From Lingula anatina (Eukaryota; Animalia; Brachiopoda): 64,000 nt of DNA. Below the pieces are notes generated by a model that worked only from the letters and a program-made list of their open reading frames with translations, searched no databases and was not told the origin of the DNA. The DNA lies in the NCBI GenBank assembly GCA_051362555.1, contig CM120640.1:68612788-68676787 (forward strand). Reading direction: 5' to 3'. Position 1 is the first letter of the stretch, and each line of letters starts with the position of its first letter. Shown here in pieces: positions 1 through 13,700 of the stretch. The position numbers and the translations under genes are program-made.

Positions 1-2334
1 TTCAGTGTGGATTAATACCTGTGTTCTAATGAATCACATGTTTGAAAGGTCCCAAACTGTGAGGGGTTTTTCATTCTGTGCATGTACACTGTTATTGTAG
101 CTCAAATGTTGAAGTTGGCGTAGTTATTGGTAAAATATGCACTAAAGGGAGATCGATATGTTGGGATTTTTTCTTCATCCTCTTAGATATTGTGGAAATA
201 AGCATTGTCATGTCATGTGAAAATGCTGTCACATCAAAAATACATTGGGATGAATTTCCCAACTCGAACTGATGATGCATCAGTGTTTTTGGTGTGAAAA
301 GTGTAATATCTTTTTCAAACAGATCTCCCTCACATGAACATCGAAGAACACTTTTTTGCATTATTTAATCACAACAATAAAAAACATGATCTGGTATCAG
401 GAAATTTTCTTGAAAGGATTATTTCTGATTTTATCAGTAAAAAGGCATAAAAAGCCCATTGTTTAATTGAACATCTGAACTAGGGGCTTATGTCTCCTAA
501 ATAAAACACCCGTATGTTTCATTAACTAGAGATTGTGATTAGATCTTGATAGGAACAGTGTTCCTTAATGCCACTGTAATTTGTGATTTTAACATAAACT
601 GGGCAATGCCATCTGTGTGCGGTCTTAAATCTCAGTGAGATTGTTATTTTATGTTATTTTATTTAATTTTTTTATGAGACTCAATTTCCTATACAGAGGG
701 AGCAACACAAAGCCAGCTATAGATACTCCAGCATACAATTTCTTCCCAAGAGAAAATGATTTAATTCTTTATTAAAGGATAGAGAAAGTACACTTGATCA
801 GAGGACACGAGAGAATTTGATAAGAAAGTTTAATAAATCTGTAGCATTGTGCATCAAGGATATGAGAGGTGATGGAGTTTATTTTAGTGTGCTGGTATTT
901 CCTGTGGGCCACATGTCACCTACCTAGCTGATTTGCATATAAACAATAATAGCAGTTATCTTAGGTGGCCCATGTATTGAGGCCAATCTGTGGAACTATC
1001 GGGACACCACACTGGTACATGGGGATTCGCAATCTGCATGGGCCAAACTGAGCACAATACATGCATACATATAAGTGTGCTTGTTTGTGTGTTTAGTGTA
1101 TGCATTGGGTTTTTTTTTTATGATGAAGCATTTCCTGTATTTGAACCAAACTTTCCATGCTACATAAAGTAGATAGGTTAATAGTCTTAATATACTCGTT
1201 TTGCCATTTGGCCACCAAGGTGGGCTTCTTGATGAATGATAAATTTAAAGCAGTTTGTAAGGTCTTAAATTTCTGTTCTTTTGGTTAACATTTCAAAGAG
1301 AGCCATATATATAGTTGTTACCTCGAACCCAAAAATACAGACTGATGAGGCTGCTATCTTTGAAAATCTCTGCAGTATTGATTTTATAGAATTTATTTCA
1401 TTCTTAGTGTTGGTACTGGTACTTTTAGTTTCAGATGGAAAGGTTTGGCTTCACCAGGTTTAAAAAATGATAGAAACACAGTTACTGTGTAATTTCTATA
1501 TTCTGGATTTGCGGTGTTTACATGAAAATCAAACATATCTGGTAGCCGCATTATATTATTAGATACAAGCCCAGGGTCTTGATTTCCTTGTTTATGACTT
1601 TTAGTGAGCTATCTTGAACAAAAGAAAACCACAAATAACAAAAAAAAAGTCCTGTACTGCACAGGTCAGAATGGGAACAGCGGAGAAGGCTGTTGAAGAT
1701 ATTCTCTCTGGTATTAGGAAGATTTCTCTTTACTAATCTAGAACTCTTGCAATGTTCATACCTCGTGGCAATTACCCTGAGTACTGGCGTGGACCAGTCG
1801 GCCCTGGCTTCAGAAAGTCAAGCCAATTTTAACCCCAGCAGCAAGTTGCCTGCTGGAGTGGCTGCCATATATAGACAACCCATGCAGTCAAAACAAGTCT
1901 GGCTGCAACATGATAGCTGGAATGCTTCTAAACTTAACCATGTGGGTTGCAGTTTGTTTGTATACCAATCACAGCTAGAATTAAAGAATTGCTGTTAACA
2001 TGTTTGCTGTAAGAAGAGTGGGAGGGAGGAAGATTTGAGGAAAGGGGATTGAAGAGTGGGATGGTTTCTGGAAAGGATGGAAAGAATTTTAACTTTTTTA
2101 TCTTTTCATTAAATCTTCCTTATGCATTTCTGTTATACAACTTGCATTTATGTTTCCATAAATGTGCATTTTAGACTATACTGTTTTTCTTTTAGAAAAA
2201 AAAAGGACATGTATTTTACCTAGAGTGTGGGTCTTCATTAGGCCTGTGTATCACTTTTTCTGTATGACTAATTATGAAAAGGAATATTATAATTTGAATT
2301 GTTCTGTCACGGCATAGAACTGGAGGTACCTGTG

Positions 2335-2375
2335 CCCCCCCCCCCCCCCCCCCCCCCCTTGGACACATGTGCGCG

Positions 2376-2411
<36 letters not shown>
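2335..2411. repeat. poly(C) run followed by (CA)n microsatellite
   Basis: C run 2335-2358, then (CA)n about 2380-2411. Confidence 0.95.
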
Positions 2412-2416
<5 letters not shown>

Positions 2417-4319
2417 GGCCATGCTAATAATGTCTGCTTTTATGACATATAGGACAGTTGCACTGGGCTTTTCCCGAGCCAACCTGATTTTGGGTCATTT
2501 TGAATATAAGAAAGTGTTGAATATATCATAAAAAAAACTATAAAAAATAAACTATTTACATTATTTGAGTGAAAAAAATCTAATTAATATTTTGCAATAT
2601 TTTGACTTATATCTTAGTACTTAATATCTCAGTAACAGTAAATACGTTATTCAAGGACAAACTAGCCAAATTAGTAAATCCTGTTATAGTACCAGAACAT
2701 GTATCATTACTTTTTCACCTGAGCCATGAAGATATGCAGTCATACATAAGCAGTAAAAAGAAAACAGCTCATTTCCCCCAAATGCCCTTGGTGTTAAAAT
2801 GAATTCAAATTGAAATTAAAATTGGATGGCGTTTTTTATACAGAGAACAATGACAGAGAATAATATTTGGATATTTAAATAAATTGACAAAAATATTTGA
2901 GAGGTTGATGACATGTGGACACTGATCAGGTGGGATAGTAGGTAAAAACTGATATACACATATGCTCGTAGTACAGAATGGAACCAAATGTGTCACAATT
3001 GCTAATAATTCATATTATACTGACCAGTTTCTTGTACATCCAAAATATATGCAGTATAAGGTAGAATATTTACAAATTGTTTCCAAGAAAACTTCTATAG
3101 ATAATACAATTAACTAGACAGTGGTAGAAGCACTCCTAATCTTTATCGAAAAACACTTCAAATTTGGTCTAAAGTATTGAAAACTTCTTTCAAAAGACTT
3201 GAAGCAATTTACATATGAATAGGGTTGCTCGTCACTCCCAGCTGCACTAGTTCTATTGTCCCAAAACCTTGATTCATTCTATGAAAAAGCTATTCAATCA
3301 GCAGCTAGATAGGTCCTATTAGTGAATGCTGACTAACTGCTGTTGTCCTAGTGGATTTGACGTAGAGTTGATAGCTTATCTCCCAGAATGGATCTGATAG
3401 GTGATTGCTAGCTTTATTTTGTGAAAAGTTATGCCAGTCCTAATTGTTTGTCAAGAATGAATGGTTGAAGGAAAAACATTGTGTCAGTGGTATTGTCTTT
3501 GTACTCAAGAAAACGTTTCAGTCAAGACTCAACTGTATTTCTTTTTTGAATAATAGTTTTGTTTTCTTCACTTTCTTCTTTTTTTTAAATTATATAATTT
3601 GATAAGTCACCTTCAAGCGTAATGTTGTTTTAAGTTTTTGTTAGTTTGTTCATTTTGGCCTAGTTTATACTTACTTTCACCCACTTTTTTCATTGGATAT
3701 TCAGAGAATATAATCTTTGTCTTACTAATTTATTAAATCTCCACGGGCAAAAATGGTGATTACATCTCTGTGAAAAAAAAAATTAGAAAAATATTTGTTT
3801 AAGTAGAATGTACAGACTGAAAAGAATCCCCTAAAATTTTCTTAGTGTAATAGGCACAATTCGGTGGTAATAAGAACTTGGGGAAACATTTTTTCTCAAT
3901 AAACGTCTCATACAAGAAATATTGCTCTCCAGCCTTGCTTGGCATGGTTGTGCTTATTATTAGATTACAAATTTTTTCCATGACTTGCAAATCAGTTTGC
4001 AAGAAGTGCACATCACTGGTAAGTTAGACGTAATTTTGTTTAAGTCGATTTTATGACCTTCTGCTGGGCATTACTCTGTTGCAGATGAAATACCTCATCA
4101 TATTATTATTTTTTTCAATCATGAAATGTTCTTGGATTCGTGAAGGGTCATTACAGTCCTTTTTTCTAAAACCCAGTGGGAGATCTTTCTTTAAAAATAA
4201 CTATGTGCTTGAAGAAATTCATCAGCTTATTGTGGAAATATTGGATATCTTGATCACATCTTCTTGAATGTTGTTATGAATGGAGAGCTGTAAACATGCT
4301 CATGTGAGTTTTTATTTTG

Positions 4320-4481
4320 CAGACCCTTGCCAGCAATTTCAAAGGGAGTGTTGTTTTTCTGAATAAGTGTACCTTATACCATGAAACCTTCATGTACCTA
4401 GATCAGATTTTACCCAGAGCAGACCTTTTCCCAGCAAGAAGAGTGATTTGTTTGAACCCCCCACCCCCGACTATGGGCCTA
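4320..4481. mobile_element. Non-autonomous element (MITE-like family A), copy 1
   Basis: Colinear with 63153-63330: shared gccagcaatttca, ccat(g/a)aaacc, ctagatca, agaccttttcccagcaa, cacccccga and ctat(gg/ga)gcct. Confidence 0.75.
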
Positions 4482-4738
4482 TGGGCCCATTTTGGTTTGT
4501 GGTTACTCAGTTACAAGCACACAATCTATGCCAATGTCATTGTATGGATTGTGTGTCCTTCCAGCAGCAACTTCCCATATCAATTCCAGCACTTGTTTTA
4601 AGTGACAGATAACGTGTCTGCATGCAACTTAACACATACATGACATGCTAAGACATAAAAAGATATTTTAGAATGTCATTGAGAAAATAGAAGTAATTAA
4701 TGCTGCGGTCCAATGAGTATGTGTTTGCTTGGCTGCGA

Positions 4739-4742
<4 letters not shown>

Positions 4743-4791
<49 letters not shown>
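4743..4791. repeat. (TG)n microsatellite
   Basis: Perfect GT dinucleotide run. Confidence 0.97.
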
Positions 4792-4795
<4 letters not shown>

Positions 4796-7479
4796 TTACT
4801 TTATATATTGCAGTAAGGGTGCACTCTGTAAAAGGAAGAATTGAGAAACAAGCTTGAATAAGTTAGATGGAGGGTGGGAAGGGACGTAGGGAACTGTTTT
4901 TCAAATGATTTGCCACAGCCAGTGTATAATTAAATATTGAGGTGAGTTTCTCCTAGGTTAGTTACATCATGTTTTTCTGCTACTGTTCATCAAGGACATC
5001 TGTGCCCATCCTCTGACAACATGTAGTTTATGGGATGTTATGTTCCTAGCTAAAACTAATGAAACTCTTATTAGATTACATGTTCTGAAAATGAATAAAG
5101 AGGCGGGTCATGAGACAGAAAAGAACAGGACACACGTAACTGTCATTTTTATTACTTTGTCGCATTTTTCTTTATTCCTCATTATTTTTTGTCACTGCCA
5201 TCTGGGAGTTGTATCAATTTTACTGTTGCCTCAAAGAGCCAACAGGCAGTTATTGAGTCCAAATAACTATCTCTCCGAGAAAGTAATTAATGTTTTATTT
5301 TCCTCAGAGATCTTGGTGCCAAGCCGAGGAAGGTGTCAGCTGCAACAGAGCCCGTAAATATTAAAGAAAACTGGATTGCCATAGCAACCAAAAATGGTGC
5401 AGCTGAGGTTCAAGTAAGGCCCAGGGAGCAGGAAATGTAGCAAATGGCTGGAGTTAATCAGACCAAGTAGGACCTGGCCCCCTGAGGACACTGGGATATG
5501 GGGGGGACTGCTGGGACTTCAGGTGAAGAGCAGCTCTGCAGCAGAGGGGCAGGCTTCACCTCAGCGTGGCCAGAGAGAAATGGGAAGATGCACTGCTCTG
5601 TATGCTTTCTTTCCCATGAAATAAACAATAATTCTTGAACAATTTCAGGTTTATTCATTTGTTAGTTTTGAACTGTTTTCTTTGAATCCTTTTTTTTAAG
5701 TACAGTTGTTTTAAAACAATTGTTGCCCATTTGAAGTACAAAAAGTAATATTTTGAATATTATTCATGCTTTAACAAATACAGAACAGGAACAGTTGGCA
5801 ATGACTTGATGGGAAATATAGGGGTTTTATATACATAAATTGTTATGGAAGAAGTTGGTTGTATTTTTTCATCCAGGGTATTTTTTCAATAAAGTCATGT
5901 GGGGAAATATGAATTTGTTTTGCAAGTGTATTACAGATTCTTTTGACTACATAAAGAATTGATCTAAATCCCCAAAATACAGAAGTAGTTTCTTTGAAAA
6001 ACAAAAAAAGCATTACATTTTGGAAAATGTTTACTGATGCTTTATGTCGCATTACCTTATCATTCTCATACCTAGCGAACTTCTGTCAGAAGATAATTTT
6101 ATCGTGGTGTGTCGGCCCAGACATGGAACCTGTTCACCCTGTGGGGATGCTCCTAATAACTGCGAGGCATTCTAAGGAGCAGTCTGTGCCAATATTAACT
6201 GTTTTTACAAAGAATTAATTATGAGAAAAATGACTGATGGTCCATCATACCCTGTCATCAGCTTCCTGTCCTGTCATACTTCTCTCACGTCGGCTCTAGA
6301 CACTTTATATCTCTGTGGTTTCTTTGTGAGGAAGTTGTTCACTGCCTTAAGTCAGAAATAAATTGACAATCAAGTCAATTTCTTTCTCAACTCTGTGGCC
6401 CTCCATTTCTTTGTGCCGTTGATGTAGTTTTTGATGGTCTCCTGCCCTCCCGTGAGATAAACACATGCTCACTCAGCAGGAAGGAGGGTATTTTGATTCC
6501 GATGAAACTCTCAAAATAAATCTACAGGCTAGCACCTTATTTTCTGACCAAAGAAATCCTACAGATAATATTTATTAATAGGTCCTATTACCCTGGTACA
6601 AATGAAATAAAAACTTTCTGAAAGTGAACTTTTTCCATCAGATAGTTGTTTTATCTAATTAAAGAGATTTTTAAAGCAATCTACATTATTTAAGGTATCC
6701 TGTTTGTGATTTTTGCACTAAGTGAATGATTTTCTAAAAAAAAAAAAGGCTATTTTTTCCTACTTGCAAATCATTGCTCGGCCCATCCCTCTTAGTCTTC
6801 CTGACATTTTAGAAGGAAATAATGTAACCAGGTACTTTTATTTTAGGGTTTTATCATTTAAAGGTCAGAATTGGAAATGATAAGTCCCTTTGCATGATAT
6901 TTAGACATAAAAATATTACATCCAGACATTTTCAAGTGTGTATAGTATACCTTTAAAACCCATATTCTTGCAATTTTTTTTCATTCAGTTTTTAGTTAAA
7001 ATGTCATGTGCCAAGTAGAGATCTACTGGCCAAACACCTTCACGGATATTATGAGGACCCAAGCTGATATTTTCTCCCCAAACAGCACTTTCAGGTCACT
7101 GTGTAAACAATCAAACCTAAATTTAATAATATTGCTCTGTTCTTGGCTTAGTTGCTTCCTGTATAAAAACATCCTTTGAAAAATATGCCGTTTGGGACTA
7201 TAATTTCAGGTTAACTTATGTAAACATACCTGCATTATTGGCATTAAGGTGAATACGACTTTTTAAGTAACTGAATTGGACTATTGGGAGTAACAGTTAT
7301 AGTTTTAACTGTAATCATCATTATTACTAAATAAGGCAGTACTGACATCCAGATTAAAATTATTTTCAAAATGAAAATGTTTAAACAGAATAAAAAAAGA
7401 AGTTGAAATGTAGTAATAACTCTAAGTCATTTCTAGAGCATCTACAGCCTAGAAAACTAATATGTATCACCCAGATTCT

Positions 7480-7790
7480 GTCCTTGCCCCCCATCAATGG
7501 CCCTTCATCTGTACCCCAGTCCTTCGTCCCACATTATCCCTCATCTCTATCAGATTTTACCCCAGCCCCACATCCCTACCATAGACCCTCATTTCCACCT
7601 GCTCTCTCTCATCCTCGCCAAATCCTGACCCAGCATTTCATCCCTAGCTGATCCCCACCCCCTCATCCATACCCTGGCCCCTTATCCTCTACAGATCCCC
7701 ACCTCATTATCCCTGCCCCAACCCCTCATCCCTTCCAGATTCCCACCCCTATCCCTAACCCAGTCCCTCTTCTCTGCTAGGCCCCCCTCA
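7480..7790. repeat. C-rich degenerate low-complexity tract
   Basis: Recurring cctcat / atccc / cccacc units, with very few G on the + strand. Confidence 0.7.
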
Positions 7791-10700
7791 GCATGGCAAA
7801 CCACTTCCCCAGTAACATTTCTGGAGATATGGAGAACAACTGCTAGGAATACTGGGGTGTAATTTTGTAGGACTAATGGGATTAAAACTTAGTAGTTTAG
7901 TGGCATATACTGAACCAGTGAAAATTATGGATGAATGTATGACAGTAATGGTAAGATACTGATCTATTCAGCTCCTTGTTCAGTTCACTAAAAGCAACTT
8001 TTCAAAGCTGATAACATCCTTGGCGTCATATTCAAAAACATTATATGGGATAGATGCCATATTCTATAAATTTTGTTAAGGTTGATTGCATTTTTAGGGA
8101 TTTATCTTGACAGATATCAACAGAACATATAACATCTTCAATTTTATCTATAATTAAATTATATGTGCAGACCGAGTGCTTTACTTCTAAGCAACATAAA
8201 TAAATTATTAAAAAAGATGAGCGGTTGCATGGCCTGATAGTACAAGAATAAGGCCTGCTGAAGAGCCATGTAATTGTGTTAGATCCTGCAATGTTTGATA
8301 AAGCCACAGTGGGTATTGTATAATGGTAGTAGTGTCCCTTCCACTTGGGCTACAGATGCTCCACATGGTTAAGAGCCTTGCTCTGTCCTACGGGGATCAT
8401 CTTTGGGCTCAGGAATTTCTGCTTAAGGCACTTCATTTGGAACATTGTCAAGAAAGGATGAATACAGGGGTGTTTAGAGGCTCTGACAAGGAGCATATTT
8501 CTTGAAACTTAATTTAAATGTGAATTCTGCAAATGTTGGAAAAATTACATCTTGGCCTAGCTTCCAGTTACTTAATTCATCCTGCACCAGAATGTGATTC
8601 CAAGAAATTTGTATCTGCGTTTTTTGAAATATGAACTTAAAACTCATGTTATTCTCAAACAGACTATTGAGATGATCCCTGACTTGCCTTACTTTGGGCA
8701 GTATTGACCGAGCTCAAGTGTGTAAAGAAGAAAAATTAGATTGGTTGATTAGGGATATTGACCACCTAAAACTTGGATTACTCTCTTCCAGGCATTCCTA
8801 AGAAATACAGAACCCTTCAAATTTGTTTTGTGAGCAGTTGGCAGTTCAGTTTCAAAGCTTCAGGCAAAGAAGACCAAATTTGTGTTTGTAGAACTTGTTA
8901 TTTCTATAACAAGCACTTGTATGTTTGACACAAACACTGCTAATCTTATTTTGGGATGTTCATGTAGACATGTTCAATTCCAGCAAATGAATTAATCAGA
9001 GTGGCTGTGCATCTTGATCTATGCTAATAGGTTGATCACCCTGTTATTGGAACTGGTTTCAATGCAGGCCCGTGTACGAGAAAAAATCTCATTTGATTGA
9101 TCTTCTGATCTGCTGCCCTTGCTAAATACACCCTTGCTTTACACGTAGCATGTTCTTCTGCGTATTATTTCTCACTGTTTCTTTTTTTTCTATTCTGACA
9201 AATGTCTATCATTTTTACTGTTTCTGTTATGAATGGTCATGTAGGCCCACATTCTGTAAGGTAAATGGTTCCTGTTGAGGCCTACCTTTTCTTTTAGTGG
9301 GGCTGTACAAGTGGCTGGCTGGCTGCAGAGTATTCAATTCCACAGCATCTTATCCCAAAGAGGTGGGAGATAAATTTTGCCACATCTCAGAATGCCATAT
9401 AAGCATACAAAGATTACTTGATACTCACTAATTGTGGAGAACAGTGTTATTGGGATGAGCTGCATGATATACATGTTAAAAGATTTCAATCACTTTCCCA
9501 GCACAACTTTGTTTTGTTTTGTATTGTTTTAATCATTTTAACCAATATGTTTTGCCCCTTCAAATTGCTTGAGAGAAGAGTATTCAAATTTGTTTGTACT
9601 TTGAATTGCAGCCAGTTAGGTGATATGTGTCAGAGAAAATTTGATGTGGGAAATCTCACACAGTCTTACACAGGATATAAAAGAGATAGAGCAAAAGCAA
9701 CAGCAAACACTTAAATTTCAAAGAAACATTGATTTTTCTCTCCCTGAAACTTGTGACAAAGCAATCTTAAGTGGCAGCTTGATCTTGATTCTTTAAAAGT
9801 AGGATTTAGGAGATGAGAATTCTATATCATCTGGCAAACATTTAATTCGCTTAATTATGTTCAAAACTTGCATGGCATGAATTGTATTTTTTTGGTTCTG
9901 TTATTTCTTTGTTTGTTTCATTGAGATAAGCAGCTCAGGTGACAGCAAAGGATGACGAAGTAAAGATCAAGAGCTGTGACCTGGTTGCTGTAGATAGTGA
10001 ACACAGTCAATGCTTTGGGTATGACTTAATTCATGACTCATAAGATTGATTATTGAAGTTAATTAGCTTCACTGCACCAGGGCAATACCACACGGCAGTT
10101 ACAGAACAAGGAAAAGAAAGAAAAGAAAGGAAAAAAATAAAAAAGCTTGTCCTTTATCTTTTGTTTGCTTATGTAGATCTTACAGAGCCGCTTCACAGGC
10201 TATCCTTTGTTCTTCAGATGGGTAGAAATTTCCTTTTTATATTTGAGTTTGTATATATGTTGTCAATTGTAGCCTGTGTTTGAGGATTTGGTTCAAGAGC
10301 CTGCCATCAAAATGCCAGTGTACAGGGTCTAAGTTAATGTTTAAGGTCCATCCAAGGCTCTGTCCGTCAGTTTATCTGATGATCGAGGCAGAAAGTTTTT
10401 TGCAGAGTTCAATAGTAGAAATATGCTTAAGAGTTTAACTCTTTTAAAACTAGGTTGGTCCTAGTTTGAAACAACACGTACATGACCAAACAGAGACAAA
10501 ATGTTAGCTTCTTCTCAGAATGCAAAATTATAAGATTTCTCATTTTGCAAACAGGTACAGAAAATGCTAGAACAGTCATTTGATAGCTGCAAGGATGAGT
10601 GTGCACCTGAGTCACACAGATAGAACTCAGCAAGATCTGGAACTCTGTGATGCTCCAGTCTCTTGGCAGATGTCTAAGTAGTAGCCATCTGACAAACAAA

Positions 10701-13700
10701 TTGCTCAGCCACATAACATTTCAGTTATTTCCATTTTTATACATGTATCTGACTTGAACCTCATTATAGATGGCAGTTTAGATGCAGAGATAGTGTAAAT
10801 ATATCTCTGGATGTTCTTTTGCATGGAATGATTACTAATAACTTTTAATTGATAAATTGTCCTGATCAGCTGCAAATAATGCATGTGTGTGTGGGTTTAT
10901 ACATTACGGACTTTGTCATCAAGTGAAATAGGAAGTCTGATAAGTATGCACATTTCACATTTTATTTTATAATTGATTGATATTACGATGGATATATTCA
11001 CTGTAGGAGGCGGGAGCATGGTAAATGTGAATTTAGTATACGCAGTGCAGCATTCCTGTGTCAATTGCAAGAAAATTAAAGTGAGATCCAGTTGAGAATA
11101 AAGGAAAAATGTATTCTGTCAAACAACTGTCACAGATAATATGAACAGTTTCAGCAAATGACACATCATTTTTTTACATCTTGCCAAGCAAATGTACATG
11201 AATGTAGTTGTGGGTGGATCCTGATTCTCAAAGTACACCAGAATTAGGTCTAAGACATGCCAACAGCAATATTAAATTTAAAAAAAAAGTCGAGCAGCCT
11301 CATGGTAGCATATATAATCTAGGTTAATATATGCTTAGTTTAAGTATTTGTTAAATATATTTGGAACAGTATTATTCTCTGAGAAGTTGCTCCTAACTTT
11401 TTGATAGTTTCTGTAAAAACGAATACCTGAAAATTTGAGTGTATTGATATATTATACATTTTCCTTTTTCTTTAGAAGTATGATTTAAAAATTTTGAGTC
11501 ACTTGGTAGTTTCAGTGAATCTTGGTGATTAAATGCATCTGACTGGAGCATTTCCTATCTAGGCAGTGTGCACAGATGTGCAATCAATACATTGATTCCC
11601 AGACATAGAATGAGTTATAGCACTGATGGACTTTCCATGCAGTGTCAGCGAAGAGATGTGAATTTGTCATCTTGAATCACATTGTATTCCACAAGCTGTT
11701 ATCCCATTGCTTTGATAGAATTAATTCAATGTAAACAAGTTATCTTTTTAAGGTAATTTGCTGGAAGGGGATGCGGTGCAATGGTTTGAGCATGAAGTGG
11801 CTACAGATAAATTGGCTTACAACTTTGAACAACTGCTGGGAAAACCGGCTTTTTCGCACAAGGAAATAACATCTTCCACCACATTTATAGTATTTTATTG
11901 AATTCTAGTTTGTGTCTGGACTGAGGCATCTGTGGCCGCATTGTAGCCCAGCAGCCACCATTGACAGTTCTGTAATCAAGCATTTCGCAGGCATTAGAGT
12001 AACTGTTATATTGGAAAAGTCATTTAGGAAAGGAGTGAGAGAGCCAGATGAACTGGTGAAAATTAAGTGGAAATGTTATGATTTAGAAAAAGCATTGTAA
12101 CAATACACTGTTAATATGAGATATTCTTTAAAAAGAATTAAAGTATTCCCCATTGTCTCCATTCTTTATCCTCACTGTCACTTCAAGTTTTCTTATTGGA
12201 TGCTTTGTTTGCAATCCCCCAAGGGTGTGATTTTTCTTATTGATTTTGATGATAATAAATTGTCATTTTGTGAAGTCTCTTCATATGTATTTTCACATAG
12301 AACCAAAACTTAAAAAATAATACTTACATAGAAAACATGGGTTGTTATTATGTAACATTTTTTATGAGCTGAACCTTAACATTTTATGGATTACCCAAAA
12401 TGGAAACATTTCCACAAATCCTCAATAATCCCTTCACATTGTGTGCCAGTGCCATCTGTGGACAGAGAAATTCATTGATTTTGATTTAATGAGATTGATC
12501 TTACTATTGAGTTTCAAGAAGAGTACATTCTTCAAAAATAAGATGCTTAATTGCAGGAGTCTTCTGACCAGCCACTTGAGTGTGCTGTGTCAATTTTTAC
12601 CTGGCTCTTACTATGTGCTTTGAAATGGTGGAAAACTGGGGGAATGAATAGCCATGATTGACCATTGTTCACCCCCTGGCACAAATATTGGGGTGAAGGT
12701 GTGCCTGGAAGATCTTTTGGCCAAAAACACGTTCAGTAGTGAAACAAAACAGAAATAGGCCCAAAATGTCTCATGTTTTCTTATTTCTTTTCATTTCTTC
12801 GTCATGCCCAGTGCTTTTTAGTGCATCATTTTTCATGAGATATATAAAAAAAAGATTTCATATTCTTGGTTATGGAAAAGTCTTAATTGCCTTTCATAAG
12901 ATCTCTTAGTTTACTTGCAAATTTAAACGCCCATGCAGTGCAGTATCTGATGTCTAATGAACAGTCTTATTCTTTGAGGTGTGCCCAGTTACACCTGAGG
13001 CTTAATTACCAATTTAATTCAGCAATTAAGGTGTAAACTGAAACAATGTTATGTTATCCAATTCATCTTAGCTGTAAGGAATTATTCCACCTTAGATAAT
13101 TGTTTAAACCAAGTAGGAAATGTTGATAAGTGTTATGTATAAAGATGCCTCAGACAGAGTGTAGTTAGTTTGATGAATAAAAAGACTTTCATTTCATGCT
13201 CCATAGGATGGGAAAACAGCACTGGCAACTTGACCTTAGTGCTTGCTGCGTTTTTTTTTTTCTCTCATGAATGTCTTCAGATGCTGATAATAATAAAGCC
13301 TTGGCGTTTCGATATCTCTTTATTCCTTGCAGCTCTTTTTGTAATATGAATGGGTAATCTGGCCTCTATGACCTTACCTATTGCTATTAATGAATAGCCC
13401 TATAAAAATTGCTTCATAACAGTTGGAATTGATGTGCTGAGAGGTTTTTTACTCAGGCTTTATGAATAGCATGAGAATGCAGTAGCAGCATCTCATCAAC
13501 TGTAGCCAATTTAAAAGTAACATGAAATGAACAGCAGCTTTCTTTAAGCTGAAAAATTGTAAACAGGATGAAGTGGGCAAAAATGCATATACAGCATACA
13601 TTAATAAATAAAAAAGTGATTTTTGATTACAACCATTCTTGAAGCAAAACTACAGAGCCAAAAAATGTCATTCTGTTGTATTCCCCCTTTGAAGTTAAAA

